Origin: an uncultured Gammaproteobacteria bacterium
GTDB taxonomy: Bacteria; Patescibacteriota; Microgenomatia; CAYXHB01; CAZYTL01
Assembly: GCA_964650355.1 (NCBI GenBank)
Contig: CAZYTL010000001.1
Location: 85,552-149,551, forward strand
Length of the DNA: 64,000 nucleotides
Reading direction: 5' to 3'
Below are positions 38,095 to 48,325 of this stretch, in pieces (positions within the stretch are counted from its first letter, which is position 1; each line of letters opens with the position of its first letter). A model generated the notes under the pieces. It searched no databases. It was not told where the DNA came from and saw only the letters and a program-made list of their open reading frames with translations. The translations under genes and the position numbers were made by a program.

Positions 38095-38535
38095 TTGAAT
38101 AAAAAACTACTGGTTACCCTTCTCGGCGTCGCCGTTTTAGCTTTGGTAGCTACAGTCGGACTCAAAACCGTGCGGGCAGACGACAGCACTACTAATTACC
38201 CACCCCTTATCCAAAAACTAGCCGAGAAATTTAATCTCAATCAAGACGAGGTGCAAGGTGTTTTTAACGATATGCAACAGGAACGCTTGCAAACCATGCA
38301 ACAATTAAGAGAGCAAAAATTGGAGCAAGCAGTTACTGACGGAGTCATCACCAACGATCAGAAACAAGCCCTGCTCACCAAATGGTCTGAAATGGAACAA
38401 GCCAGAGAAAAGCAAAGACAGGAAATGCAGACCTGGTTTCAACAGCAAGGCATTGACCAAACTAAGCTAACACCTTATCTGGGCTTCGGTCACCACGGCG
38501 GATTCGAACACATGGGCATGATGGGCTGGAAATAA
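38095..38535 (+). CDS. Secreted Gln-rich helical protein
   Basis: Signal peptide, GGAGG SD, TTG start. Confidence 0.7.
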   Translation: MNKKLLVTLLGVAVLALVATVGLKTVRADDSTTNYPPLIQKLAEKFNLNQDEVQGVFNDMQQERLQTMQQLREQKLEQAVTDGVITNDQKQALLTKWSEMEQAREKQRQEMQTWFQQQGIDQTKLTPYLGFGHHGGFEHMGMMGWK

Positions 38536-38562
38536 ACCGGCAATATCCCTCAATCCCTCATC

Positions 38563-38600
38563 ACCAGGCACTCCTTAACTTCAGGAGTGCCTGGATTTTT
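38563..38600 (+). terminator. Intrinsic terminator
   Basis: CCAGGCACTCCT...AGGAGTGCCTGG followed by ATTTTTT. Confidence 0.75.
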
Positions 38601-38610
38601 CCCTCAGAAG

Positions 38611-39267
38611 TTAATCTTCAGAGACTGCAGCTTCAATTACCAGATAAGGGTTTTTAATCAATACATACGGGTTGTCAGGCCCGGGGGGCAGGTCAAAATT
38701 TGTGCCGATTTCTAAATCTGGTGTTGTTCGCCAATTCTTTTCGGGTATATGCATCACTTCCTGGTTGATAATTTTCAGACCGCATTTGGGGAACAAATCA
38801 ACCAGTTGATCTGCGCTGAGCACTTTTTCGCCCGTGTCGGTGGCATCATTTTCCCAATAATCAGTCACGACTACAATTTTACCACCGGGTTTGGTGATCC
38901 GTTTTAATTCCCTCAAAGCTTGCTCAGGATCATCAGCCAGCGGCAATACATTAGCACTAAATGCCATATCCACAGACTGATCCTCTATTCCTGTCTCTTG
39001 CTGGTCCGCCAGCAACCGGTCTTCGATACCATACTCAGCCACTTTGTTTATCATCTCAGCATATTTATTGACAGCAATTACATGAGCCTGGCGAACTTGT
39101 TGTAAATATTGGGAATCAGGCCCTTCAGCTCCGATCTCCGCCACTGTCAAACCCGGTTTAAATGCCACCTGGTCCAGAACTGAATGCCAGGATCTCTGGG
39201 GAAATTTTTCCATTCTAAATGTCACGTGGGCGGGAATCTTGTTCATAGGTTCGAATAAGTTTAGCAC
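38611..39267 (-). CDS. Class I SAM-dependent methyltransferase-like protein
   Basis: VAEIGA, SVDMAFS, RITKPGGKIV. Confidence 0.75.
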   Translation of the reverse strand: MLNLFEPMNKIPAHVTFRMEKFPQRSWHSVLDQVAFKPGLTVAEIGAEGPDSQYLQQVRQAHVIAVNKYAEMINKVAEYGIEDRLLADQQETGIEDQSVDMAFSANVLPLADDPEQALRELKRITKPGGKIVVVTDYWENDATDTGEKVLSADQLVDLFPKCGLKIINQEVMHIPEKNWRTTPDLEIGTNFDLPPGPDNPYVLIKNPYLVIEAAVSED

Positions 39268-39310
39268 GATTTCTCCTTAAGGTTCACCCATCCGGTTGTT
39301 CCTTAGTTCC

Positions 39311-39327
39311 TCTCAGTATTTTCTCAG
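39311..39327 (+). promoter_or_regulatory. Putative response-regulator box TCTCAG-N5-TCTCAG
   Basis: Perfect direct repeat, 10 nt before TAGCTT. Confidence 0.7.
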
Positions 39328-39351
39328 CCTTATTAGCTAGCTTGGAAAGAC

Positions 39352-40464
39352 ATGTCATTAAAAGTTAAACTGGTGGCTCTGTTTCTCATCCTCTTGGGCG
39401 GTGGCTATGCAATTTGGCGCTTCTCAATCTTCAGGCCAGCTTCGTCAAAGTCTTCGTTATCAACTACTGAATCTACGATAGGGGAGTCAGCTGATGATCT
39501 TCAGGAGGACCAAGGAGGTCTGCTGATTGATCAAAATCCCTTATCAATACCTTATATGCGCCAACAACAATATCCAGGTAGTGATCTGGTGATCGAGCAG
39601 ACCTTGAATCCCGGCACTAACTACCAGCGCTACATCGTGTCGTATAAATCGGAAGGACTCAAACAGTTCGCCATGTTAACCGTTCCTGACGGCACCCCAC
39701 CTTCGTCAGGTTGGCCCGCCATCGTTTTTAATCACGGCTATATCCCTCCAGATCAGTACCGCACCACCGAACGTTACGTGGCTTACGTTGATGGTTTTGC
39801 CGGTCAGGGCTACGTGGTGCTTAAACCTGATTACCGTGGCCATGGCAATTCCGAGGGCCAGGCCGTAGGCGGCTATGGTTCACCGGCTTATACCATTGAT
39901 GTCTTAAACGCCTTTTCCTCTTTACAAAAGTATCCCGGAGTCGATCCTCAGCGCATCGGCATGTGGGGCCATTCCATGGGCGGATCCATTACCCTCAGAG
40001 CCATGGTCATCACCCCGGACATCAAAGCCGGGGTGATTTGGTCCGGTGTAGTCGGATCTTACCCTGATCTGATCAACAACTGGCACCATCATCCCACTCC
40101 CACCCAGATACCCACCAGTAGCCTAACTAATAACAACCAGGATTGGTCAGGCAGACGCCGCTGGCGGGACACTTTAATCGATCAGTACGGTCCGCCCACC
40201 GAAGATTCAGAATTCTGGCAATCCATTTCTCCCACCGCCTACCTGCAGGACATTTCCGGACCATTACAACTGCATCATGCCACCGGTGATACTTCAGTTC
40301 CAGTGGAATTCTCTCGGTCCCTGCAAACCCGCATGCAAGCAGTAGGCAAACCTTCGGAACTCTATATTTACCAAGGTGACAATCACAACCTGTCCCAAAA
40401 TTTCTCTCTGGCCATGCAAAGATCAGTTGCCTTCTTTGATAAATATTTAAAAAGTGTAGAATAA
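39352..40464 (+). CDS. Membrane-anchored S9-like alpha/beta hydrolase
   Basis: NHGY, DYRGHG, GHSMGG, D-VP, NHN. Confidence 0.88.
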   Translation: MSLKVKLVALFLILLGGGYAIWRFSIFRPASSKSSLSTTESTIGESADDLQEDQGGLLIDQNPLSIPYMRQQQYPGSDLVIEQTLNPGTNYQRYIVSYKSEGLKQFAMLTVPDGTPPSSGWPAIVFNHGYIPPDQYRTTERYVAYVDGFAGQGYVVLKPDYRGHGNSEGQAVGGYGSPAYTIDVLNAFSSLQKYPGVDPQRIGMWGHSMGGSITLRAMVITPDIKAGVIWSGVVGSYPDLINNWHHHPTPTQIPTSSLTNNNQDWSGRRRWRDTLIDQYGPPTEDSEFWQSISPTAYLQDISGPLQLHHATGDTSVPVEFSRSLQTRMQAVGKPSELYIYQGDNHNLSQNFSLAMQRSVAFFDKYLKSVE

Positions 40465-40481
40465 AACTAGATACCGGCCTT

Positions 40482-40498
40482 TCTCAGTCTTCTCTCAG
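40482..40498 (+). promoter_or_regulatory. Putative response-regulator box TCTCAG-N5-TCTCAG
   Basis: Perfect direct repeat, 10 nt before TACTAT. Confidence 0.7.
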
Positions 40499-40521
40499 TT
40501 TGAATTAATACTATTGTTACA

Positions 40522-41787
40522 ATGGCTGAAAATATGGGTCTTACTCCTGAACAAAGTTCAAGGATTTTAAGCAAATTAAAAAGTCTGGTCAATAGCCGCA
40601 AGAAGATGGCGGCTTTAATCGTGATTCTCATTGTGGCCGGCTATCTGGGATGGCGCCGATTCAGTTCTCAGGAACAAACTCCTCAATACCAAACTGCCAC
40701 CGTAGAAAAAGGTACTATTGTTTCTTCGATCACTGCTTCAGGCAACGTGCTGGTTTCCAATATTCAGAAAATCAACACCCAAGCTTCGGGCATGGTCAAA
40801 AAGGTTTACGTTCAAAATGGCGATCAGGTTAAACAAGGACAAACCTTAGTTGATGTTCAGCTGGATACCCAAGGAGCCCAAAGCCAAGCCCAAGCCTATG
40901 CCTCGTACCTGAGTGCCAAGTCCAGCCTGGAATCTGCCAAAGCTACCGAATATACTCTTAACTCCTCTATGTGGGTCGCTAACCAGAAATTTATTAATGA
41001 CGCTCTTGATAGGGGACTGGCTGACACAGATCCCACTTACATCGAAGAGAGTTCGGATTGGCTAGCCGCGGAAGCCAAATACAAAAACCAACAACAAGTA
41101 GTGGCCCAGGCTCAAGTGTCTTTAAACAACGCCTGGCTCAGCTACCAATCTACCCGGGCTACCATTACCGCGCCTGTGGCCGGCACCGTTACCGGACTGA
41201 GTGTGGCAGAAGGCATGCAGATCGGCTCCACCGATTCCAGCACAGGCAACCGCCTTTCTCAACAGGTAGCTGCCATCTCTATCGGCGGTACTCCTTTGAT
41301 CTCCCTTAACGTGAATGAGATAGACGTACCCAGAGTGGAATCAGGCCAGAAAGTCACATTAACCCTGGATAGTATTCCGGATTCCACTTTTACCGGCCAG
41401 GTCGCCAGCGTGGATAAACTCGGCAGCATCAGCAGCGGAGTGACCTCTTACCCGGTAGTCGTCAAATTAGACACCAACGCGCCCCAGATCTTACCTAACA
41501 TGAGCGTATCCGGCAACATTATCGTCGCTTCTAAAAGTGATGTGTTGATCGTTCCTTCAGGCGCTGTTCAGGAACAAAACGGCCAGTCATATGTCAGAGT
41601 GCTTAACAACGGCCAGGTGACCAACGCTCCAGTGGAAACCGGATTGACTTCAGATACCCAAACTGAAATTGTTTCCGGGGTGACGGAAGGTGAACAAGTG
41701 GTTACCAATATCTCGTCTTCTACGCAAAATGGCCAATCTCCTTTTGGCGGCGGTGGTTTCGGTGGCGGATTCAGAGTTCTTCGTTAA
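40522..41787 (+). CDS. MacA-like membrane fusion (adaptor) protein
   Basis: Lipoyl halves, ITAPVAG, VNEID, VETGL. Confidence 0.9.
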   Translation: MAENMGLTPEQSSRILSKLKSLVNSRKKMAALIVILIVAGYLGWRRFSSQEQTPQYQTATVEKGTIVSSITASGNVLVSNIQKINTQASGMVKKVYVQNGDQVKQGQTLVDVQLDTQGAQSQAQAYASYLSAKSSLESAKATEYTLNSSMWVANQKFINDALDRGLADTDPTYIEESSDWLAAEAKYKNQQQVVAQAQVSLNNAWLSYQSTRATITAPVAGTVTGLSVAEGMQIGSTDSSTGNRLSQQVAAISIGGTPLISLNVNEIDVPRVESGQKVTLTLDSIPDSTFTGQVASVDKLGSISSGVTSYPVVVKLDTNAPQILPNMSVSGNIIVASKSDVLIVPSGAVQEQNGQSYVRVLNNGQVTNAPVETGLTSDTQTEIVSGVTEGEQVVTNISSSTQNGQSPFGGGGFGGGFRVLR

Positions 41788-41885
41788 ACATCACCATTCT
41801 CATCGGATCCACTGTTTACCCCATCCGCAACTCTGGGAATCTTAACTCAGCAATCAAAATCTCCAATTATTTATCTTAATTAAAT

Positions 41886-42605
41886 ATGCCCAAACAAATC
41901 ATCCAAATCAGAGACGTGACTAAAATCTATCGTACCGGTACTGTAGAAACCGTGGCATTGAGAGACGTGACTTTTGAGATCAACAAAGGCGAGTTTGTGG
42001 CCATTATGGGTCCGTCCGGATCAGGAAAATCAACCCTCATGCATATCATGGGCGCCTTGGATAAACCCACCAGCGGAGAGTACTTTTTGGACGGAGTCAA
42101 AGTCGAGACCTTAAATGACGACCAGTTAGCCGAAATCAGGAACCAGAAAATCGGCTTTGTCTTTCAGGCTTACAATTTGCTGCCCAGAACTACCGCCTTA
42201 AAAAACGTTATGCTGCCCATGATGTACGCGGACATTTCTCATGAACAAAGGATTAACAAAGCCAAAGACCTGCTTGATGCGGTTGGTTTGAGCGACCGCA
42301 TGGAACACACTTCCAACCAGCTCTCCGGAGGCCAACAACAGCGGGTGGCGATTGCCAGATCTCTGGCAATGGATCCCAGCATTGTGTTGGCTGACGAACC
42401 CACCGGCAATATCGCCACTAAACAGGCGGAAGAAATCATGGAGGTTTTTCAGGATCTTAACCAGCGGGGCCATACCATTGTCATGATCACTCATGATTCA
42501 GAAATTGCTGAATTTGCCAGAAGAATAATTCACATCCGCGACGGCAAATTAGTCAAAGACCATCATAACGGCAAACAAAAACAAGCCCAAAAACGTCCTC
42601 ATTGA
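41886..42605 (+). CDS. MacB/LolD-type ABC ATPase
   Basis: GPSGSGKST, LSGGQQQR, ADEPTGN. Confidence 0.95.
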   Translation: MPKQIIQIRDVTKIYRTGTVETVALRDVTFEINKGEFVAIMGPSGSGKSTLMHIMGALDKPTSGEYFLDGVKVETLNDDQLAEIRNQKIGFVFQAYNLLPRTTALKNVMLPMMYADISHEQRINKAKDLLDAVGLSDRMEHTSNQLSGGQQQRVAIARSLAMDPSIVLADEPTGNIATKQAEEIMEVFQDLNQRGHTIVMITHDSEIAEFARRIIHIRDGKLVKDHHNGKQKQAQKRPH

Positions 42606-42637
42606 TATTTACGTCCAATTAAAATTTTATCCATCTT

Positions 42638-43861
42638 ATGGACTACAAAGAATTGCTTTCCGAAAGCTTTTCCACTCTTAATCTGAATAAAATCAGAACT
42701 GGCCTGGCCATGCTGGGCGTGATCATCGGCATTGGCAGCGTAATTGCTCTAATCTCCCTGGGCCAAGCCTCTCAGCTATCTGTCGAAAATCAGATTAAAT
42801 CCTTAGGGTCAAACTTATTAACAGTTTCTCCCGGGTCGCAGTCTAACCGAGGCATTCGGGAAGCCCCCGGCAGCATTCAAACCCTCACTTATCAGGATGC
42901 CCAGGCTATCATGAGTTCCCCCAATGTGACCACCGTTCAAAACGTGTCAGCTGAATATAATAGCCGGGCACAAATCGTAGCCGGCAGAAACAACACCAAT
43001 ACCCAGGTAATCGGCACTACTCCCAGCTACACATCAATTCACAATTTGAATATTGCCCAAGGCACTTTCTTTAGCCAATCCCAGCTTAATGGCATTTCTC
43101 AAGTGGCAGTGATTGGCCCCACCGTGGCTGAAGATCTGTTCGGATCAGCCACCAATGGGCTGGGTAGTTCCATCAGGATTGATCAACAACCCTTTACTGT
43201 CATTGGCATCACCGAAGCCAAGGGCGGCACCGGGTTTCAGAACCAGGATGATCGGGTATATATTCCGCTCACTACAGCCCAGAAATTACTCTTCGGAGTC
43301 GATTATGTCAGCGACATTTCTGTGGAAGCCCAAAGCGCTTCGGTCATGACCGAAGCCCAAAATCAAATCGGCTATCTTCTACTGCAACGACATCATCTCA
43401 AAGATCCCACCCAGGCTGACTTCTCCATTTTTTCTCAGGAAGACCTCTTGGGTACGATTAGTCAGGTTACCGGTACCTTTACTACATTGCTGTCCGGGAT
43501 TGCCGCCATCTCTTTGGTGGTGGGAGGCATAGGTATCATGAACATCATGTTGGTCACAGTGACCGAACGCACCAGGGAGATCGGTCTTCGCAAAGCTCTG
43601 GGGGCGAAAAAGAAATGGATCGTGGCTCAATTTCTCACCGAAGCCGTGATCATTACCTTTATCGGCGGAGTCATCGGAGTGTTATTGGGTGTAGGGATTT
43701 CCTATTTACTCACCAGAATTATGAGCCTGCCGTTTACTATCGCGCCGACTTCAGTGCTGCTTGCCTTTGGTGTATCAGCCGTCATCGGCATTCTCTTCGG
43801 CTGGTATCCCGCCCGCAAAGCCGCCAATTTGCAGCCTATTGAAGCCCTAAGATACGAATAA
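42638..43861 (+). CDS. MacB/FtsX-type ABC permease
   Basis: GGIGIMNIMLVTVTERTREIG, PIEALRYE. Confidence 0.95.
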   Translation: MDYKELLSESFSTLNLNKIRTGLAMLGVIIGIGSVIALISLGQASQLSVENQIKSLGSNLLTVSPGSQSNRGIREAPGSIQTLTYQDAQAIMSSPNVTTVQNVSAEYNSRAQIVAGRNNTNTQVIGTTPSYTSIHNLNIAQGTFFSQSQLNGISQVAVIGPTVAEDLFGSATNGLGSSIRIDQQPFTVIGITEAKGGTGFQNQDDRVYIPLTTAQKLLFGVDYVSDISVEAQSASVMTEAQNQIGYLLLQRHHLKDPTQADFSIFSQEDLLGTISQVTGTFTTLLSGIAAISLVVGGIGIMNIMLVTVTERTREIGLRKALGAKKKWIVAQFLTEAVIITFIGGVIGVLLGVGISYLLTRIMSLPFTIAPTSVLLAFGVSAVIGILFGWYPARKAANLQPIEALRYE

Positions 43862-43894
43862 ATCGTCTCAAGTTAAAAAGTTAACAGTTAGGAG

Positions 43895-44371
43895 GTGAAT
43901 AACATGAAAAACACCATTATTATTGCCGTTATCGTCGCAGTCGTTTTCGGAGCCGGAGGATTCTTCGGCGGTATGCAGTATCAGAAATCCCAACGGCCGA
44001 GTTTCGGAAATGGCAATTTTCAATTTCAGGGCAATGGTCAAGGCAATCGGAATTTTTCCAGGTCAGGTGGTCAATCCGGCCAAGCAAACCAATTTCAACG
44101 CGGAAATGGCGGAGGTCGGGTAGCGGGAGAAATCCTCAGCATTGACAACAACACCATGACAGTAAAAATGCCTGATGGAAGCAGCAAAATTGTTATCCTT
44201 TCCGACACTACCCAATACACCCAATCTTCCCAAGGCTCGCAAAGCGATCTGCAGGTGGGTCAACAAGTAGGAGTTTTCGGAGTCACCAACTCTGACGGCA
44301 GTGTTACTGCCCAGGATGTGCAAATCAACCCTGCCTTTAGACTCAATCCCAGTGGCGCGCCTCAACAGTAA
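43895..44371 (+). CDS. Membrane-anchored protein with Gly/Gln linker and OB-like C-terminal domain
   Basis: TM GGFFGGMQY; GEILSID...LQVGQQV...AQDVQI. Confidence 0.65.
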   Translation: MNNMKNTIIIAVIVAVVFGAGGFFGGMQYQKSQRPSFGNGNFQFQGNGQGNRNFSRSGGQSGQANQFQRGNGGGRVAGEILSIDNNTMTVKMPDGSSKIVILSDTTQYTQSSQGSQSDLQVGQQVGVFGVTNSDGSVTAQDVQINPAFRLNPSGAPQQ

Positions 44372-44377
44372 AAATGG

Positions 44378-45874
44378 TTAAAACTCCATCACTGTTTCTG
44401 TACCCGCGGTTTTCCTTTTTGTTTTGATAAACAGCGCGGCAAACCCGCCCACAATCATAAAAAAGATTGCTGTGCGGAATACCGTGGCAAAAGACACAAT
44501 GTTGGCTTTGATTACCATTAATCCCATCAGTTGCTGCATTACCAGAAGTGACGAGGTATTCACACTGGAAAATCTCTGAATTGCCATTAAATTGGACGTC
44601 AGGCTATCAGTTAAAATCGTGGCAAAAATCGCTACCCCGAACGCTCCTGAAATATTCCTGGCCAGAGCCAGCACTGAAGAGGCAATCCCCACTTCTTCCA
44701 TCGGCACGGTGGAAGTGGCCGCGTTAGTCAGCGGCGCCATTCCCAGTCCCAAACCGGCTGCAAACAGAGCCATCCGCCAGGCAATGTCAAACCCGGTCCA
44801 CTTAATATCAATTCCTGTAAACAGCCACATCACCATCGCGGCCCAAAACATCCCGAATGAGGTCAAGAACCTGGGCTCAATCTTCGCTGACAATCTACCC
44901 CCCAAGGGCGCGGCAATCATCATCCCCAAAGCCATGGGAATAAATAACAGGCCGGTCTTGGTAACGGAAAAACCCAAATAATTCTGGATGAAAATCGGCA
45001 AAGCAAACATTCCTCCCATCATGCCCATAAAAGAAATAAAAGAAGTTACAATGGCTGCAGAAAAAGCCGGAATCCTGAAAAATTTCAAATCCACCACAGG
45101 TTCTTTGGCTTTAATTTCCGTTAATACGAACCAAATCATGGCCGCGCTGGACACCAAGTATGTAATCAGACTCTTGGTACTTAACCAACCCCAGCTTCGC
45201 CCTTGGTCTAAGACCAACACCAGACTGGCCAATGAAATGCCCAGTAGTAGGGCTCCTTCGATGTCAAAATTCTTTAATCCTCTGGTTTTTGATACCGGTT
45301 CCTTGATGAAGGTTAAAGCCATGATTGTGCCCACTATTCCGATCGGTACATTAACGTAAAATACTGAGCGCCAGGAAAAATGGTCAATCAGCGGTCCCCC
45401 GATCAAAGGTCCGAATACTATCGCCGCCGCAAAAATCGCTGACCACAATCCCATGGCCTGGGCGCGACGGTCTTCGTCCTTAAACGTAAACGCGATAATT
45501 GACAAAGCGATCGGGTAATCAATCGATACGGTAATGGCCTGTAAAACCCGGAAAATAATTAAAGATTCGAAATTAAAAGATAAACCAGCCAACATGGATG
45601 AAATCACGAATCCCACAATTCCGAAAATATACAATGGTTTGCGGCCAATCAGATCGCCCAATTTCCCGAAAATAGGCACGAAGATCGCATTGGCGATAAT
45701 ATATGCAGTGGAAATCCAACCTGCTTGGGACACAGTAATCCCAAAATCAGTAATGATTTTGGGTAAGGCTAAATTTACGATCGTGCCGTCCAGCCTGCCT
45801 AGGAAACTGGCCACCATCACCGTGATCAATACCATCCAGGAATTAGTATTATTCTGAGAAGCCTTCTTTACCAT
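44378..45874 (-). CDS. DHA2/EmrB-type MFS efflux transporter
   Basis: LDGTIVNLALP, GKLGDLIGRK, WRSVFYVNVPIG. Confidence 0.93.
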   Translation of the reverse strand: MVKKASQNNTNSWMVLITVMVASFLGRLDGTIVNLALPKIITDFGITVSQAGWISTAYIIANAIFVPIFGKLGDLIGRKPLYIFGIVGFVISSMLAGLSFNFESLIIFRVLQAITVSIDYPIALSIIAFTFKDEDRRAQAMGLWSAIFAAAIVFGPLIGGPLIDHFSWRSVFYVNVPIGIVGTIMALTFIKEPVSKTRGLKNFDIEGALLLGISLASLVLVLDQGRSWGWLSTKSLITYLVSSAAMIWFVLTEIKAKEPVVDLKFFRIPAFSAAIVTSFISFMGMMGGMFALPIFIQNYLGFSVTKTGLLFIPMALGMMIAAPLGGRLSAKIEPRFLTSFGMFWAAMVMWLFTGIDIKWTGFDIAWRMALFAAGLGLGMAPLTNAATSTVPMEEVGIASSVLALARNISGAFGVAIFATILTDSLTSNLMAIQRFSSVNTSSLLVMQQLMGLMVIKANIVSFATVFRTAIFFMIVGGFAALFIKTKRKTAGTETVMEF

Positions 45875-45965
45875 AGAGAAGATAATTGAGGATAAACAAA
45901 TTTCTAGTGACTACTAATCACCCCACGCAGTATGCGACACTAAAAGAATTTGAATAAACAGTGCC

Positions 45966-46604
45966 TTAGGAGTTATTCAAATAAACAGTCATTTTTGCCG
46001 ACATCCCATTCTTGATCTGAGGAAAATTCACGGCGTCAAATTTGGCATACACATCAAACTGCTGCGTTGGCCTTTCGCTGGAAATGGAAAAAGCCACCTG
46101 AGTTTGTCTGGCTGTCTGGCCGACTTCATCCACGTACCCCCAAAATGTCTGTCCTGGTAAGGCATCTATGGTAAAAGCCACCACCTGACCGGGTCTTATT
46201 TTATTCAAACCTCTATTTTCATCTAACACACCGTCTATTCTGGTTAACGATGGATTAACCATTTTTATCACTGGTACACCCGGAGACATTAAACCGCCGA
46301 CCTGCTGATTAGTTTCAATGATCATGCCGTCTGTAGCGGCCCGGATTACTTCTGTACCCACGATTGCTAATTGATCACCCTTTTTAACTGTTTCCCCTTC
46401 AACAACGTCCACCTCTTTTAGTGTCCCGCCAGTGGTCGCTGACAGACTGATAATCGGTGTGTTCACTGTCGAATTCTCAATCGAAATCCGGTTAGCAGTA
46501 GACAAATAATAATAAGCGCCAGCTGCCACCATCATCACAGCCACTACCACAGCTAAAATTCTGAGCAGCTGTTGATTCTTAATAATTTTGGATAACTTTT
46601 CCAT
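45966..46604 (-). CDS. Short EmrA/HlyD-like adaptor
   Basis: Lipoyl motif EGETVKKGD, beta-barrel, very short hairpin. Confidence 0.75.
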   Translation of the reverse strand: MEKLSKIIKNQQLLRILAVVVAVMMVAAGAYYYLSTANRISIENSTVNTPIISLSATTGGTLKEVDVVEGETVKKGDQLAIVGTEVIRAATDGMIIETNQQVGGLMSPGVPVIKMVNPSLTRIDGVLDENRGLNKIRPGQVVAFTIDALPGQTFWGYVDEVGQTARQTQVAFSISSERPTQQFDVYAKFDAVNFPQIKNGMSAKMTVYLNNS

Positions 46605-46621
46605 AACCTTAAAAACTTACT

Positions 46622-47722
46622 TTAATAAATTAAATAGTCATGATTAATCAAATTTTCTGGTTCGGTAATTAACTGGTCGTTTTCAGATATCCCACTCAAA
46701 ATTTCAGTATATTGACCGTTGACTTGCCCGGTTTCTACCAATTTTAATACCGGTTTACCGTCTTCCATTACCCACACCTGATTACCTCCCAAAACCAGCC
46801 ATGAAGGCACCAGGGTGACCGGTTGCTCGGAATTAATGTTAATTGTAGCCACACCCCCTTGCTGATAATTCAGATCAGCAGTGAATTGGTCGCTGGCAAC
46901 ATCCACTTGATAGACATTTTCCCCAGTAGGCAGAGTCATTCGCTCAGGATAGATCTTAATCACCGTACCCTGATAGTTAGTCTTTTCTTGCCCGTTAAGT
47001 TTCACGGTCGCTGCTAATCCGGTTTGCATGTAAGGCATGTCCTCTTCTGCTATCTGAGCGCGGAAAATATATGTCTGCGGGTCAACAATGATAAAGGACG
47101 CCTGCGGACTGACAATTAGATTGGGAGTATTCACGTCCTGATGAATCAGTACTCCATTGATTGGTGAGGTGAGAGTTGCCAACGTATAAGCGTAATGGGC
47201 CAACTCCACCTGGATCACCGAATTGTCCAGCGTAGCTTGAGATTGGTCCAGAATTCTTTTTACCGCATTATTAATCGCCACATCCTTTTCACTGCCGCCC
47301 AGGTATGCTTGTTTATAAAGGTCATAGGGATATGTTTGTTGTGCCCGCAAGATGTTATTCTGGTTGTTTTCCTGCATCTGATCAAAAGTATCCCGGGCTG
47401 ACCGATAAGTATTTAAAGCGGCCTGGAGTTGCCTTTGAATCGTATAAGTATCCAGTGAAGCCACGGTTTGCCCTTTGTATACCTTGTCTCCTTCTTTAAA
47501 CCCTAAATAGGTTAACTTGCCCCCTGTAGCAAAATGCAGATTCGCTTCGTTTTGAGAACGAATATTTCCTTTGGCCAAAATCTGGTTGCTGATCTGCTTG
47601 GGCTGCACGGTTTCTGTAGTGATATTCACACTTCTGATCCGGCTGATACCCACCACCAGACCCGTAGCCAACAATGCTAAAAATAAAAGTGTCTTAGCAA
47701 AAAATCCCACAATTTTTTTCAT
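46622..47722 (-). CDS. Membrane fusion (adaptor) protein
   Basis: EGDKVYKGQ, LTSPING, VETG. Confidence 0.82.
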   Translation of the reverse strand: MKKIVGFFAKTLLFLALLATGLVVGISRIRSVNITTETVQPKQISNQILAKGNIRSQNEANLHFATGGKLTYLGFKEGDKVYKGQTVASLDTYTIQRQLQAALNTYRSARDTFDQMQENNQNNILRAQQTYPYDLYKQAYLGGSEKDVAINNAVKRILDQSQATLDNSVIQVELAHYAYTLATLTSPINGVLIHQDVNTPNLIVSPQASFIIVDPQTYIFRAQIAEEDMPYMQTGLAATVKLNGQEKTNYQGTVIKIYPERMTLPTGENVYQVDVASDQFTADLNYQQGGVATININSEQPVTLVPSWLVLGGNQVWVMEDGKPVLKLVETGQVNGQYTEILSGISENDQLITEPENLINHDYLIY

Positions 47723-48162
47723 TATTTTTCCTCCTTTTCCGTATTGAGATGCTCATACAGTTTGTGCAGAATCGCCAGTAAATTTTTCTGTTCCTGCGGT
47801 TCCAGATAATTAAGGTATTTTTTTAAACGCTTGGTTTTCAGATCGATCGATTGTCTCATCATCTGCTCTCCTTCGTCAGTGATTTTGACATAGATTTTGC
47901 GTCTGTCTTGGCTTCCCGTCATTCTGGTAACTAATCCGGACGATTCCAATCTATCGATCAGTAAAGTTGCGGTCGGCAGTTTAATTCTCAATTTGTCTGC
48001 AATTTCACTGGTGGTCAGCCCGACACTATTCAATAGCATCAAAGTCCTCATTTGTAAAGGGCTTAACTCATCGTCTAAACGATGTCGCTCGTCTCTGAGT
48101 AATCTGCCAACTTTGTAAGCCAAAAAAATAATTTGTTCGGCCCGGTCTCTGGGTTTAAACAT
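47722..48162 (-). CDS. MarR family regulator
   Basis: IDRLESSGLVTR...QDRR...ITDEG. Confidence 0.92.
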   Translation of the reverse strand: MFKPRDRAEQIIFLAYKVGRLLRDERHRLDDELSPLQMRTLMLLNSVGLTTSEIADKLRIKLPTATLLIDRLESSGLVTRMTGSQDRRKIYVKITDEGEQMMRQSIDLKTKRLKKYLNYLEPQEQKNLLAILHKLYEHLNTEKEEK

Positions 48163-48325
48163 AAAATTTATACATAGAATTATTAGCAGAGCTAAATATT
48201 AGCATGACAAATCAAATCTGTCAAATGAACCATAGATTTGTTCAAACACTATTATTAAATTGAATACCGAGTTATAATACTATGTCTACCTCACTTAACA
48301 ACGGACTACCCAAGACTTAATCTTT

